Below, in pieces: positions 36,840 through 45,857 of a DNA stretch of 52,456 nt (position 1 is the first letter of the stretch; each line of letters starts with the position of its first letter). This stretch comes from a virus. Taxonomy: Duplodnaviria > Caudoviricetes. Location: IMG/VR virus record IMGVR_UViG_3300020411_002342, positions 1 through 52,456 of that record. One strand, given 5' to 3'. The notes under the pieces are model-generated. The model did no database searches and was not told where the DNA came from. It saw only the letters and a program-made list of their open reading frames with translations. The translations under genes were made by a program, and so were the position numbers.

Positions 36840-37889
36840 ATGTTAGGCACTTATTATTACCACGAAATCATAAGAAAGACAGTTATCGGTTTCGGTACTC
36901 TTTTTAATAATATTAATATTCGCCATAAAGATGGAGATGGTAAGAGTTATAGTACTATGAAAGTGCCTCTTGCTTATGGACCAATGCAGAAGTTTCTGGC
37001 AAGAATTCAACAACAACCAAATTTAGAACGAGAAACTGCAATAACTGTACCTCGTATTTCTTTTGAAATGACGGGTCTTCAGTATGATGCAACAAGAAAG
37101 GCAAGTGTTACTCAAACTTTTATGGCTAAGTCTGGAACGGCAGCTAAAAAAGTTTATATGCCTGTCCCATATAATATTCAATTTGAATTAAGTGTTTTAT
37201 CAAAATTACAAGATGATTCTCTTCAAATTATTGAACAGATACTTCCATATTTTCAACCATCATTTAATATAACAATTAATCTTCTTAGTTCTATTGGTGA
37301 GAAAAAAGATGTACCTATCGTTTTAGAAGGTATTACACAAACTGATGATTATGAAGGTAGTTATGAAAGTAGAAGAATAATTATTCACACATTCTCATTT
37401 ACAGCTAAGACATATCTATTCGGTGCTATTGCAGATAGTACAGCTGGACTTATCAAGAAAGTTGATGTTGATTACTTCGCAGATACTGAAGTTAAGAGAG
37501 CTGTAAGAGTTCAGAGATATAGTGCTGCTCCGAAGGCACTTAAAGATTATGATAATGATGAAACAACCGTTGTGGATGGTGCAATATCTACTGCTGTTAC
37601 TAAGATTAAATTGAGTGCTACATCAGATATTAGTACTGGTGATAGAATTATTATTGATCAAGAAATTATGTATGTTAGGACTAATGATACAGCTGCTGCA
37701 ACTTTAACTGTTTACAGAGGTTATGATAACACTTCCAGAGCAAAACATGAACATAATGCTACTGTAAATATTCTCAGCAGTGCAGATGATTTACTTATCG
37801 AAACTGGTGATGATTTTGGATTTGATGAAATGACTTCCTTCTTCCAAGATGGAAAAGTTGCTGCACCTTCACAAGGTATAGATGTATGA
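36840..37889 (+). CDS. gp15: Tail sheath stabiliser/terminator gp15
   Basis: YHEIIRKTVIGFGTLFNNI, VPLAYGP, QIIEQILPYFQP. Confidence 0.93.
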   Translation: MLGTYYYHEIIRKTVIGFGTLFNNINIRHKDGDGKSYSTMKVPLAYGPMQKFLARIQQQPNLERETAITVPRISFEMTGLQYDATRKASVTQTFMAKSGTAAKKVYMPVPYNIQFELSVLSKLQDDSLQIIEQILPYFQPSFNITINLLSSIGEKKDVPIVLEGITQTDDYEGSYESRRIIIHTFSFTAKTYLFGAIADSTAGLIKKVDVDYFADTEVKRAVRVQRYSAAPKALKDYDNDETTVVDGAISTAVTKIKLSATSDISTGDRIIIDQEIMYVRTNDTAAATLTVYRGYDNTSRAKHEHNATVNILSSADDLLIETGDDFGFDEMTSFFQDGKVAAPSQGIDV

Positions 37890-38320
37890 GTGAATTTGGT
37901 TCCATAGAAAAGGCTTTAGATATAAAAGCCAAGAAGACTGAAGTTATTACAACTCCAGAAAATGGTTGTACTATTCGTTCAGAAAATCTTCTTAAAGTTA
38001 ATCCTGAAGAAGAAATTAAAAAAGATTATAATTATACAAGAGGAAATCTTTATTCACTTATTGAAAAGGGACAAGAAGCACTTAATGGTGTTTTAGAACT
38101 TGCTCAAGAAAGTGATAGTGCAAGAGCTTATGAAGTTACTGGACAGATAATTAAAAGTGTGGCTGATACAACTGATAAATTAATTGACCTTCAACAAAAA
38201 ATGAAAGATCTTGATGAAGAACCAAATAAAGGACCATCTACTGTGAATAATGCATTATTTGTAGGATCAACTGCTGAATTGGCTAAACTTATAAAGAATC
38301 AGAATAAAGATGATAAATGA
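37886..38320 (+). CDS. gp16: Terminase small subunit gp16
   Basis: DYNYTRGNLY, SDSARAYEV, NNALFVGSTAEL. Confidence 0.93.
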   Translation: MSEFGSIEKALDIKAKKTEVITTPENGCTIRSENLLKVNPEEEIKKDYNYTRGNLYSLIEKGQEALNGVLELAQESDSARAYEVTGQIIKSVADTTDKLIDLQQKMKDLDEEPNKGPSTVNNALFVGSTAELAKLIKNQNKDDK

Positions 38321-39984
38321 AATCACCAGAATTAACTGAATTTTTTAGTTTAATTGGACAAGCTAAAAAAGAAAAAGAAGAAGAATTTGACAATCTATTA
38401 AAAGAAGCTAATGTAGATTTGGATTCATTAGCTTCATCAGTTTTTAATGGAATTGAAAAAGCGAAGATTGAAGTCAAGGAACAAAAGGAAAAAGAAGAAA
38501 AACTAATAGAACAATTGGATGATGTTCTTGATATTCTTGATAAACCAAAAGTTACTGTTGGTGTGCCTGAAGATTTTGATATATCTTCTCTTGAAGAAGA
38601 TGTAGATGAGAATGATCAAATAGAAGAGGAAAAGGAAGAAGAAGAGATAAGTGATACCATATCAAAAGCGATCAAGTTTATTAAAGATACTCAGGTTAAA
38701 GAAGAATTACAGGATATTGAACCTAATGATCCAACTGTAAATAGTATTAAAACAGAAGTTAAAGAGTTACGAAATATTCTTTATAAAGTTCTTGCACATG
38801 GGCCAGGTTCTGGTGAAACTAAACTTGAATTTTTAGATGATGTAGATAGAGATTCTGCAAAAGTTAATAATAAGTATCTAAGATATGATTCCACTAGTGG
38901 TAAATGGAAAGGTGCTGATGCCAGTGGTGGAAGTGGTGGTAGTACTGCTGGTATCGATACTACAGGAACATCAGTATTTAAAAATGTAAGTATCAGTGGT
39001 GTAACTACTGTTACTGGTGGAGTTATTGGTGATTTAACTGGTGATGTAACTGGTAATGCAGATACAGCAACTGCCCTTGAAACAGCAAGAACAATTGGTG
39101 GAGTATCATTTGATGGTTCCGCTAATATAAATCTGCCTGGCGTCAATCAAAGTGGTAATCAGAATACTTCAGGAACTGCTGCTGGTTTAAGTGGGACACC
39201 TAATATTACAGTAGGTTCAGTCACTGCTTCTACTGGTTCATTTAGTGGCAATGTAACTGTTGGCGGAACATTAACTTATGAAGATGTAACTAATATTGAT
39301 TCAGTCGGACTTATAACTGCAAGAAGTGGAGTAAGTGTAACTGGTGGTGATATTAAAGTTGGAAGTGCAGTAACAATCAGTCAAGATAATATATTTACTA
39401 CTGGTATTGTTACAGCAACAACTTTTGTAGGTAATGTAACTGGCAATGCTTCTGGTTCTGCTGCAACATTGGCTACTGCTAGAACAATTGGTGGTGTATC
39501 TTTCGATGGTTCTGCTAACATTAACCTCCCAGGTGTAAATGCTGCTGGTAACCAAAATACTACAGGTAATGCTGCTACTGCTACACTTGCTACCAATGCA
39601 TCAGGATTGACGGGATATCCAAGTATTACTGTTGGAACAGTAACAGCCGCTAGTGTTATTTTAAATGATGGAGCAGTTCTTAGTGGTGTTTCAACTACAT
39701 CATCTACATCACAGACTGCCATTAATACTTTTGCCGCTGCAACTTATCGTTCTGCCAAATATAATATACAAGTTGTAAGAGGTAGTTCTTATCAAACATC
39801 AGAAGTATTGGTTATTCATGATGGAAGTAATTCCTATGGAACAGAATATGCAGTTATAAAAACTGGTAATTCTTTGGCAACTTTTGATACTGATATTAAT
39901 TCTGGTAATGTGAGATTACTTGCAACACCATCTTCAGGTGACTCTACTACATTTAAGTTAGTGACAACATTAACTAAAGTATAA
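38317..39984 (+). CDS. Fibre-like virion protein (acidic N-terminus, G/T-rich shaft, YRSAKY C-terminal domain)
   Basis: LDDVD, YEDVTNIDSVGLITARSG, and two ARTIGGVSFDGSANINLPGVN repeats. Confidence 0.7.
   Translation: MKSPELTEFFSLIGQAKKEKEEEFDNLLKEANVDLDSLASSVFNGIEKAKIEVKEQKEKEEKLIEQLDDVLDILDKPKVTVGVPEDFDISSLEEDVDENDQIEEEKEEEEISDTISKAIKFIKDTQVKEELQDIEPNDPTVNSIKTEVKELRNILYKVLAHGPGSGETKLEFLDDVDRDSAKVNNKYLRYDSTSGKWKGADASGGSGGSTAGIDTTGTSVFKNVSISGVTTVTGGVIGDLTGDVTGNADTATALETARTIGGVSFDGSANINLPGVNQSGNQNTSGTAAGLSGTPNITVGSVTASTGSFSGNVTVGGTLTYEDVTNIDSVGLITARSGVSVTGGDIKVGSAVTISQDNIFTTGIVTATTFVGNVTGNASGSAATLATARTIGGVSFDGSANINLPGVNAAGNQNTTGNAATATLATNASGLTGYPSITVGTVTAASVILNDGAVLSGVSTTSSTSQTAINTFAAATYRSAKYNIQVVRGSSYQTSEVLVIHDGSNSYGTEYAVIKTGNSLATFDTDINSGNVRLLATPSSGDSTTFKLVTTLTKV
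39085..39560 (+). repeat. Two copies of an ~28-codon fibre repeat
   Basis: ARTIGGVSFDGSANINLPGVN..GNQNT at about 39085-39168 and 39478-39560. Differences are mostly synonymous. Confidence 0.85.
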
Positions 39985-39987
39985 ATA
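39980..39987 (+). promoter_or_regulatory. T4-type late promoter
   Basis: Exact TATAAATA. Confidence 0.75.
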
Positions 39988-40008
39988 TTAATACCACATT
40001 TGTGTCTG

Positions 40009-40770
40009 ATGAAATCTAAGAATTGTCCACCAGGAAAATATTATTGCTTCGATGATAAGAAGTGTAAGAAAATTCCTACTGGTTATCATATAGGTGCTAA
40101 AGGTTATCTTTATCCAGATAAAGATAATGAGAATGGAGATGTTGAAAATGTTAATGGAAATGGGAATGGTGGAAATGGAAATGGAAATGGTGGTGGTAAT
40201 GGTGGAGGAGTAAGTGAAGATAATCGTGTACGTTTTCAAAAGTATGGACGTACTTATGCAATAATGTTAATATGGAGAGGTAAGACATATAATACACAAA
40301 TATTTGTTCCTAATTTGAGACAACCATCAAGGGCAGAATTGGAAAAAGAAATTCAAAAAATTTATCCTGGTGGTAAAATAACTTATTATGCAAAAAGAGA
40401 TTATGATCCAACAGATGCAGCAATATTGGTCCCAGAAGAAACTAAAACCAAAAAGAAAATTAGCTTTAGCATCTTTAGAACCAAATCTAAAGATAAAGAA
40501 AGAAAACCTGAAAAGGCTATGGATGCTGGCGCCAGAGCTAAGAGATTATTGCAAAGAAAAGAGTATGCTTCAAAGGTATCGGGTAGCACTGAAAACGTGC
40601 CAGATGACATTAGGGATAGTTTTGAAATAGATCCTAAAGCACATAAGTCAGCACAGAAGAAAGCAAAACTTCGTAATCTTGCAAAGGGTAATGCCAATCC
40701 TAATGAGAAAGCTGCTGCAGAAAAGAAAGCAGGTGGTCCTAAACTTTATGGTGAATCAATGAAAAAATAA
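40009..40770 (+). CDS. Hypothetical late protein (Cys motif, Asn-Gly linker, basic C-terminal half)
   Basis: Track ORF 40000..40770, ATG at 40009. CPPGKYYCFDDKKCKKIP motif. Confidence 0.75.
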   Translation: MKSKNCPPGKYYCFDDKKCKKIPTGYHIGAKGYLYPDKDNENGDVENVNGNGNGGNGNGNGGGNGGGVSEDNRVRFQKYGRTYAIMLIWRGKTYNTQIFVPNLRQPSRAELEKEIQKIYPGGKITYYAKRDYDPTDAAILVPEETKTKKKISFSIFRTKSKDKERKPEKAMDAGARAKRLLQRKEYASKVSGSTENVPDDIRDSFEIDPKAHKSAQKKAKLRNLAKGNANPNEKAAAEKKAGGPKLYGESMKK

Positions 40771-40785
40771 TTTGATTTTATTATT

Positions 40786-42432
40786 ATGCCTGATACAATC
40801 TACCTTGGTAACCCCAATTTAAAAAAAGCAAATGTAACGGTTGAATTTACTCAAGAACAAGTTGAGGAATTCATCAAGTGTAAAGAAGATCCTGTTTACT
40901 TTGCTAAAAATTATATTAAAATTGTTTCTCTGGATGAAGGTTTAGTTCCTTTCGAAATGTATCCTTTTCAGGAGAAGTTAATTAATAATTTTCATGAATC
41001 AAGATTTAATATCTGTAAGATGCCTCGTCAGACAGGTAAATCAACAACTGTAGTTTCTTATCTTTTACATTATGCGGTTTTTAATGATAATGTCAACATT
41101 GCGATTTTGGCTAACAAGGCATCCACGGCTAGAGATTTACTTGGCAGATTACAACTTGCATATGAAAATTTACCTAATTGGATGCAACAAGGTATAATAT
41201 CATGGAACAAAGGGAGTTTAGAACTTGAAAACGGATCAAAGATTTTGGCAGCTTCTACATCTGCAAGTGCTGTCCGAGGCGGTTCCTATAATGTCATATT
41301 CCTTGACGAGTTCGCATTTATTCCGAACCATATTGCAGACCAATTCTTTGCATCTGTTTATCCTACTATTTCTTCTGGTCAAAAAACAAAAGTAATTATA
41401 GTTTCAACTCCACATGGTATGAATCATTTCTACCGAATGTGGCACGATGCTGAAAGAAATAAAAATGAATATGTCCCAACAGAAGTTCATTGGTCAGAAG
41501 TACCTGGTAGAGACGCAGTTTGGAAAGAACAAACAATTGCAAACACATCAGAGTCTCAATTTAAAGTTGAGTTTGAATGTGAATTCTTAGGATCTGTTGA
41601 TACTCTTATTTCTACTTCTAAATTAAGAACATTCGTCTATGAAGATCCACTTCAAAGTAATAAAGGAATAGATGTATATGAAAAACCAATAGAGGATCAT
41701 GATTATATTATTACTGTTGACGTTGCTCGTGGAGTAGGTATTGATTATTCTGCTTTTATAGTTGTAGATATAACAACTTTTCCACATAAGGTTGTTGCAA
41801 AGTATAAGAATAATGAAATAAAACCAATGTTATTCCCATCTATTATTCATGATTGGGCAAAAGGATATAATAATGCATTTATTTTATGTGAGGTAAATGA
41901 TATTGGTGATCAAGTTGCAAGTATTATTCATTATGATCTTGAATATTCTAATCTTTTAATGTCTTCTATGAGAGGTCGTGCAGGACAAATAGTTGGACAA
42001 GGATTTTCTGGTAAGAAGACTCAACTTGGAGTTAAAATGTCCAAGACTGTTAAAAAGGTTGGGTGTTCTAATTTAAAAACTTTAATTGAAGATGATAAAG
42101 TCATATTTAATGATTATGATATAATATCAGAGTTAACTACATTCATTCAAAAACATAATTCATTTGAGGCAGAAGAAGGATGTAATGATGACCTTGCAAT
42201 GTGTCTTGTAATTTATGCTTGGTTAGTTGCACAGGATTATTTTAAAGAACTTACTGATCAGGATGTTAGAAAACGTATCTATGAGGATCAAAGAGATCAG
42301 ATCGAACAAGATATGTCACCTTTTGGTTTCATTGTAGATGGAAGTGAGGAATCTTCTTTTGTAGACGCTGAAGGTGATAGATGGCATACTGATGAATATG
42401 GTGATCGTTCTTATATGTGGGATTATCAATGA
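40786..42432 (+). CDS. gp17: Terminase large subunit gp17
   Basis: Walker A PRQTGKST, Walker B IFLDEFAF, coupling motif VSTP, nuclease VDVARG and NDDLAM. No intein visible. Confidence 0.97.
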   Translation: MPDTIYLGNPNLKKANVTVEFTQEQVEEFIKCKEDPVYFAKNYIKIVSLDEGLVPFEMYPFQEKLINNFHESRFNICKMPRQTGKSTTVVSYLLHYAVFNDNVNIAILANKASTARDLLGRLQLAYENLPNWMQQGIISWNKGSLELENGSKILAASTSASAVRGGSYNVIFLDEFAFIPNHIADQFFASVYPTISSGQKTKVIIVSTPHGMNHFYRMWHDAERNKNEYVPTEVHWSEVPGRDAVWKEQTIANTSESQFKVEFECEFLGSVDTLISTSKLRTFVYEDPLQSNKGIDVYEKPIEDHDYIITVDVARGVGIDYSAFIVVDITTFPHKVVAKYKNNEIKPMLFPSIIHDWAKGYNNAFILCEVNDIGDQVASIIHYDLEYSNLLMSSMRGRAGQIVGQGFSGKKTQLGVKMSKTVKKVGCSNLKTLIEDDKVIFNDYDIISELTTFIQKHNSFEAEEGCNDDLAMCLVIYAWLVAQDYFKELTDQDVRKRIYEDQRDQIEQDMSPFGFIVDGSEESSFVDAEGDRWHTDEYGDRSYMWDYQ

Positions 42433-42593
42433 AAGATACTAATTGGTCAGCACAAATTTTATTACCTTCAAATAGATTAGTTAAAGTTAATTTTACTGTC
42501 TGCAAATCTAATTTAAGAGAAGATGCTTTACATCGATGCAAAGCTCTTTATGGTGTTTCTGATGTTAGACAGTTAAAAAGAGAATGGACTTAG
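42429..42593 (+). CDS. Hypothetical protein (54 aa)
   Basis: Manual translation MKDTNWSAQILLPSNRLVKVNF...LKREWT. ATGA overlap with the gp17 stop. Not in track. Confidence 0.6.
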   Translation: MKDTNWSAQILLPSNRLVKVNFTVCKSNLREDALHRCKALYGVSDVRQLKREWT

Positions 42594-42811
42594 AACAGGA
42601 ATTTGATTTACAACATTTATTATTTAAAGAAAGAACCTGTAAGGTATGTGGTCAGACAAAAGATTTAATAGATGGTTTTTATTTAACACGTAAAGATAGA
42701 GGCGCTAAACCATCTGCATATTCTTATGAATGTAAGATATGTACTATAAAAAGAGTTGTTAAAAAGAGAAAAGAAAAACCATTTACAGATTGGTCATACC
42801 CTGATTGGTAA
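42584..42811 (+). CDS. Small C4 zinc-finger protein
   Basis: CKVC ... SAYSYECKIC. Confidence 0.75.
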   Translation: MDLEQEFDLQHLLFKERTCKVCGQTKDLIDGFYLTRKDRGAKPSAYSYECKICTIKRVVKKRKEKPFTDWSYPDW

Positions 42812-42823
42812 GGTGTTCATAGC

Positions 42824-42900
42824 AGGTTTCCCCATTTTAAGGAGCGCAAAATCATAAATAATTTCAAGTAAAAAAATTGAGAAATCTTAAGGGGAAACTT
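42824..42900 (+). promoter_or_regulatory. Late promoter inside an RBS-sequestering stem upstream of gp18
   Basis: CATAAATA at 42853-42860. Arms AGGTTTCCCC-ATT-TTAAG and CTTAA-GGGGAAACTT. Confidence 0.65.
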
Positions 42901-42902
42901 AC

Positions 42903-45140
42903 ATGGCTAACATAGGTTTAGTATCTCCAGGCGTTAAGGTTAGGGAAGTTGACCTGACGGTTGGAAGAATTGACTCAATAAACAATGTAACAGGTGGTAT
43001 TGTGGGACCATTCTCACAAGGACCAGTTGGTGAAGCAATAGAAATTGAAAACGAACAGGAATTATTAGATTTCTACGGAAAACCAATTTCTTCAGATAGA
43101 CAGTATGAGTATTGGTACACAGCTGCCAACTATCTTAACTACGGTGGTATTCTAAGAGTTATTCGTTCAGACGGAGCAAATCTTAGAAACGCAAACGTTG
43201 GTGGTAAACCTTCTACACACCCAACAGGTATTGGTTCTACTGATAGTCTTAAGATCAAGTCTTATGATGATTATAAGAATAATTATGAAACAACTTCTTC
43301 CTATAGGTTAGCCGCAAGAAACCCAGGTAATTGGGCAGAAGGACTTAAAGTTGCTTATATCGATGGTGCTGCTGATCAAACAATTAATATAGGTGTTCAT
43401 GCCGCAAACAATATATCTGTTGGTGCTGCTGTAACTCAGACATTAAGTGGTCTTATTGTTGGTGTTGGTACAACTTCAGCAGCTGATGGATATCTTCAAG
43501 GTGTCGTTGTTGGTACTGCAACAAGTTCAATCGATGTTAAAGTTGTAAATAGAGTTTCTGCTGCAGGTAGTGTATTCCCAGTTACTTATGCTGAGAGTGG
43601 ATTGTATGCCTTCAGAGCAGGTACTGCAACAAGTGAAGGTGTTGCTGCTCACGCTATTACAGGTGCTAATGGTCTTAGTGTTCTTAACACTTCTTCAACC
43701 ATTGCTAATCCTAAGGCTGGACTTACAACTGTATTCTCTGCAACTTCTGTATCAGACTGGTACGATGGACAATCTATTCAATTAAAGAATGGTGCAGTTC
43801 AATGGAAGTCTATTGCTGAAAAACCAGGAACAAGTAATTATGCAGCTGCAAGAAATGCTTCTAACGATGAACTTCATATTGTAGTTATTGACGATAAAGG
43901 AACTATTACTGGTAATCAGGGAACTATTCTTGAGAAACACACTTATCTATCTAAGGCATTAGATGCTAAAGATACATTTGGTGGACCTATTTACTATAAG
44001 GATTACATCGCTGATAATTCCGAGTATATCTACGTTGGTTTAGCCACTGGTGATGGTACAATCTCTTCTGGTATTTCAACAGTCTTTACTAAGTCTTCAG
44101 TTGATGCAGGTACTTGGGCTCAGGATGCACAAGATACTATATTCAACGTTGTTGATAACACACTTTATGAATTACAACATGGTAAGGATTATTCACAAGG
44201 ATCTGATCAATCTACTCCTGTTGGTGGATATAGTGTAAGTCTTGGTGAGTTAATGAATGGATACGAACTCTTCGAGAACGAAGCTGAGTATCAAGTTGAC
44301 TTCCTACTTAATGCTGGTGGTATACCAGGAGATAAAGAACAATCTCAAGCAAAAGCTAATAAGTTAATTGAAATCGCTGAAGTCAGAAAGGATTGTATGG
44401 CAGTTATTTCTCCATACAGAGAAGCAGTTGTTAATGTAGCAGATTCTAAGACTCAAACTACTAATGTTGTTGAGTTCTTCGATGCTATTACTTCAACTTC
44501 TTATGCAGTATTTGATTCAGGTTACAAGTATCAGTATGATCGTTTTAACAACACATTCAGATACATGCCTTTGAATGGTGATATTGCTGGATTAATCGCA
44601 AGAACAGCAACTGAACAATATCCTTGGTTCTCACCTGCTGGTTCTCAAAGAGGTAATATTCTCAACACTGTTAAACTTGCTTACAATCCAAGTAAGGCAC
44701 AGAGAGATACATTATACACAAGAAGAGTTAACCCAGTTGTATTCCAACAAGGTGGTGGATTCTTACTCTTCGGTGATAAGACTGCTCTATCTTATGCATC
44801 TGCCTTCGATAGAATCAACGTTCGTCGTTTGTTCTTAACTTTAGAATCAACTATTGAAGTCGCTGCTAGAACTCAATTATTCGAGTTTAACGACGATATT
44901 ACAAGAGCAAACTTTAGAAATATCGTTGAACCTTATCTTCGTGATGTTCAAGCGAAGAGAGGTATTTCCGACTTTGTTGTTATTTGTGACGATACTAATA
45001 ACACTCCTGATGTTATTGATGCCAATGAATTCAAAGCGGACATTTTCATTAAACCAGCTCGTTCTATCAACTTCATCGGTCTAACCTTTGTTGCTACAAG
45101 AACTGGAGTCAGCTTCTCTGAAGTTATTGGTCGAGTTTAA
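42903..45140 (+). CDS. gp18: Tail sheath protein gp18
   Basis: LVSPGVKVREVDLT, PWFSPAG, FDRINVRRLF, IKPARSINFI. Confidence 0.97.
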   Translation: MANIGLVSPGVKVREVDLTVGRIDSINNVTGGIVGPFSQGPVGEAIEIENEQELLDFYGKPISSDRQYEYWYTAANYLNYGGILRVIRSDGANLRNANVGGKPSTHPTGIGSTDSLKIKSYDDYKNNYETTSSYRLAARNPGNWAEGLKVAYIDGAADQTINIGVHAANNISVGAAVTQTLSGLIVGVGTTSAADGYLQGVVVGTATSSIDVKVVNRVSAAGSVFPVTYAESGLYAFRAGTATSEGVAAHAITGANGLSVLNTSSTIANPKAGLTTVFSATSVSDWYDGQSIQLKNGAVQWKSIAEKPGTSNYAAARNASNDELHIVVIDDKGTITGNQGTILEKHTYLSKALDAKDTFGGPIYYKDYIADNSEYIYVGLATGDGTISSGISTVFTKSSVDAGTWAQDAQDTIFNVVDNTLYELQHGKDYSQGSDQSTPVGGYSVSLGELMNGYELFENEAEYQVDFLLNAGGIPGDKEQSQAKANKLIEIAEVRKDCMAVISPYREAVVNVADSKTQTTNVVEFFDAITSTSYAVFDSGYKYQYDRFNNTFRYMPLNGDIAGLIARTATEQYPWFSPAGSQRGNILNTVKLAYNPSKAQRDTLYTRRVNPVVFQQGGGFLLFGDKTALSYASAFDRINVRRLFLTLESTIEVAARTQLFEFNDDITRANFRNIVEPYLRDVQAKRGISDFVVICDDTNNTPDVIDANEFKADIFIKPARSINFIGLTFVATRTGVSFSEVIGRV

Positions 45141-45150
45141 TGATTTTTAT

Positions 45151-45158
45151 TCTAAATA
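45151..45158 (+). promoter_or_regulatory. T4-type late promoter
   Basis: TCTAAATA upstream of gp19. Confidence 0.6.
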
Positions 45159-45183
45159 ACTAACATAAGGAGAACTTAAACAA

Positions 45184-45810
45184 ATGGCTGTCAATTTTAG
45201 AGATAGGACTATAGCCGACTTTAAAAGTCGGCTAACTGGGGGCGGTGCAAGACCGAATTTATTTGAAGTTGCAATGTCTTTTCCCAGGATTGCAACAGGT
45301 GGAGATGTAGAAGGTGGAAGTGATGCTACACCTGAAACTGAAATGAGATATATGGTGAAAGCGGCTGAATTACCTGCTTCAAACATTGGTGATATACCAC
45401 TTAATTTTAGAGGTCGTATTCTTCATGTTGCTGGAGATAGAACTTTTGATCCTTGGACAATTACTATTATTAACAATACTGATTGGGCTCTTAGGGAAAA
45501 GTTTGAAAATTGGTCTCAAGCGATCAATGATCGTACATTTGATAGTGGTATAACTTCACCAACCCTTTACCAGACTAATGCTACTGTATTCCAGTTAGCA
45601 AGATCCAGTAAAGCAGGAAATGAGCAACGAACTAGTACTAAAATTCCAGTATTAGCTTCTTATAAATTCTTTGGTCTTTATCCTACTACCATTTCTTCTA
45701 TTCCTCTTGATTATGGTTCAACTGATACTATTGAAGAATTCCAAGTTACTTTCCAAGTTGAAAGATGGGAACCTTCATATGAAGATAAGTGGGAAAATAC
45801 CGCAAAGTAG
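45184..45810 (+). CDS. gp19: Tail tube protein gp19
   Basis: GGARPNLFEV, AGDRTFDPWTITI, IEEFQVTF. Confidence 0.95.
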   Translation: MAVNFRDRTIADFKSRLTGGGARPNLFEVAMSFPRIATGGDVEGGSDATPETEMRYMVKAAELPASNIGDIPLNFRGRILHVAGDRTFDPWTITIINNTDWALREKFENWSQAINDRTFDSGITSPTLYQTNATVFQLARSSKAGNEQRTSTKIPVLASYKFFGLYPTTISSIPLDYGSTDTIEEFQVTFQVERWEPSYEDKWENTAK

Positions 45811-45823
45811 TCCTGGCAGATAA

Positions 45824-45831
45824 CATAAATA
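45824..45831 (+). promoter_or_regulatory. T4-type late promoter
   Basis: CATAAATA upstream of gp20. Confidence 0.6.
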
Positions 45832-45857
45832 CCTTTATATAAGGTAAACTCTATAAC

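Noticed and set aside
39085-39560. Fibre repeats as a diversity-generating retroelement TR/VR pair
   Set aside because: Differences are mostly synonymous rather than adenine-specific, both copies are in frame, and no reverse transcriptase is present.
45105-45186. RBS-sequestering stem upstream of gp19
   Set aside because: Only short AT-rich pairings (TTCTCT/GGAGAA, GTTATT/AATAAC). Too weak to assert without folding or covariation.
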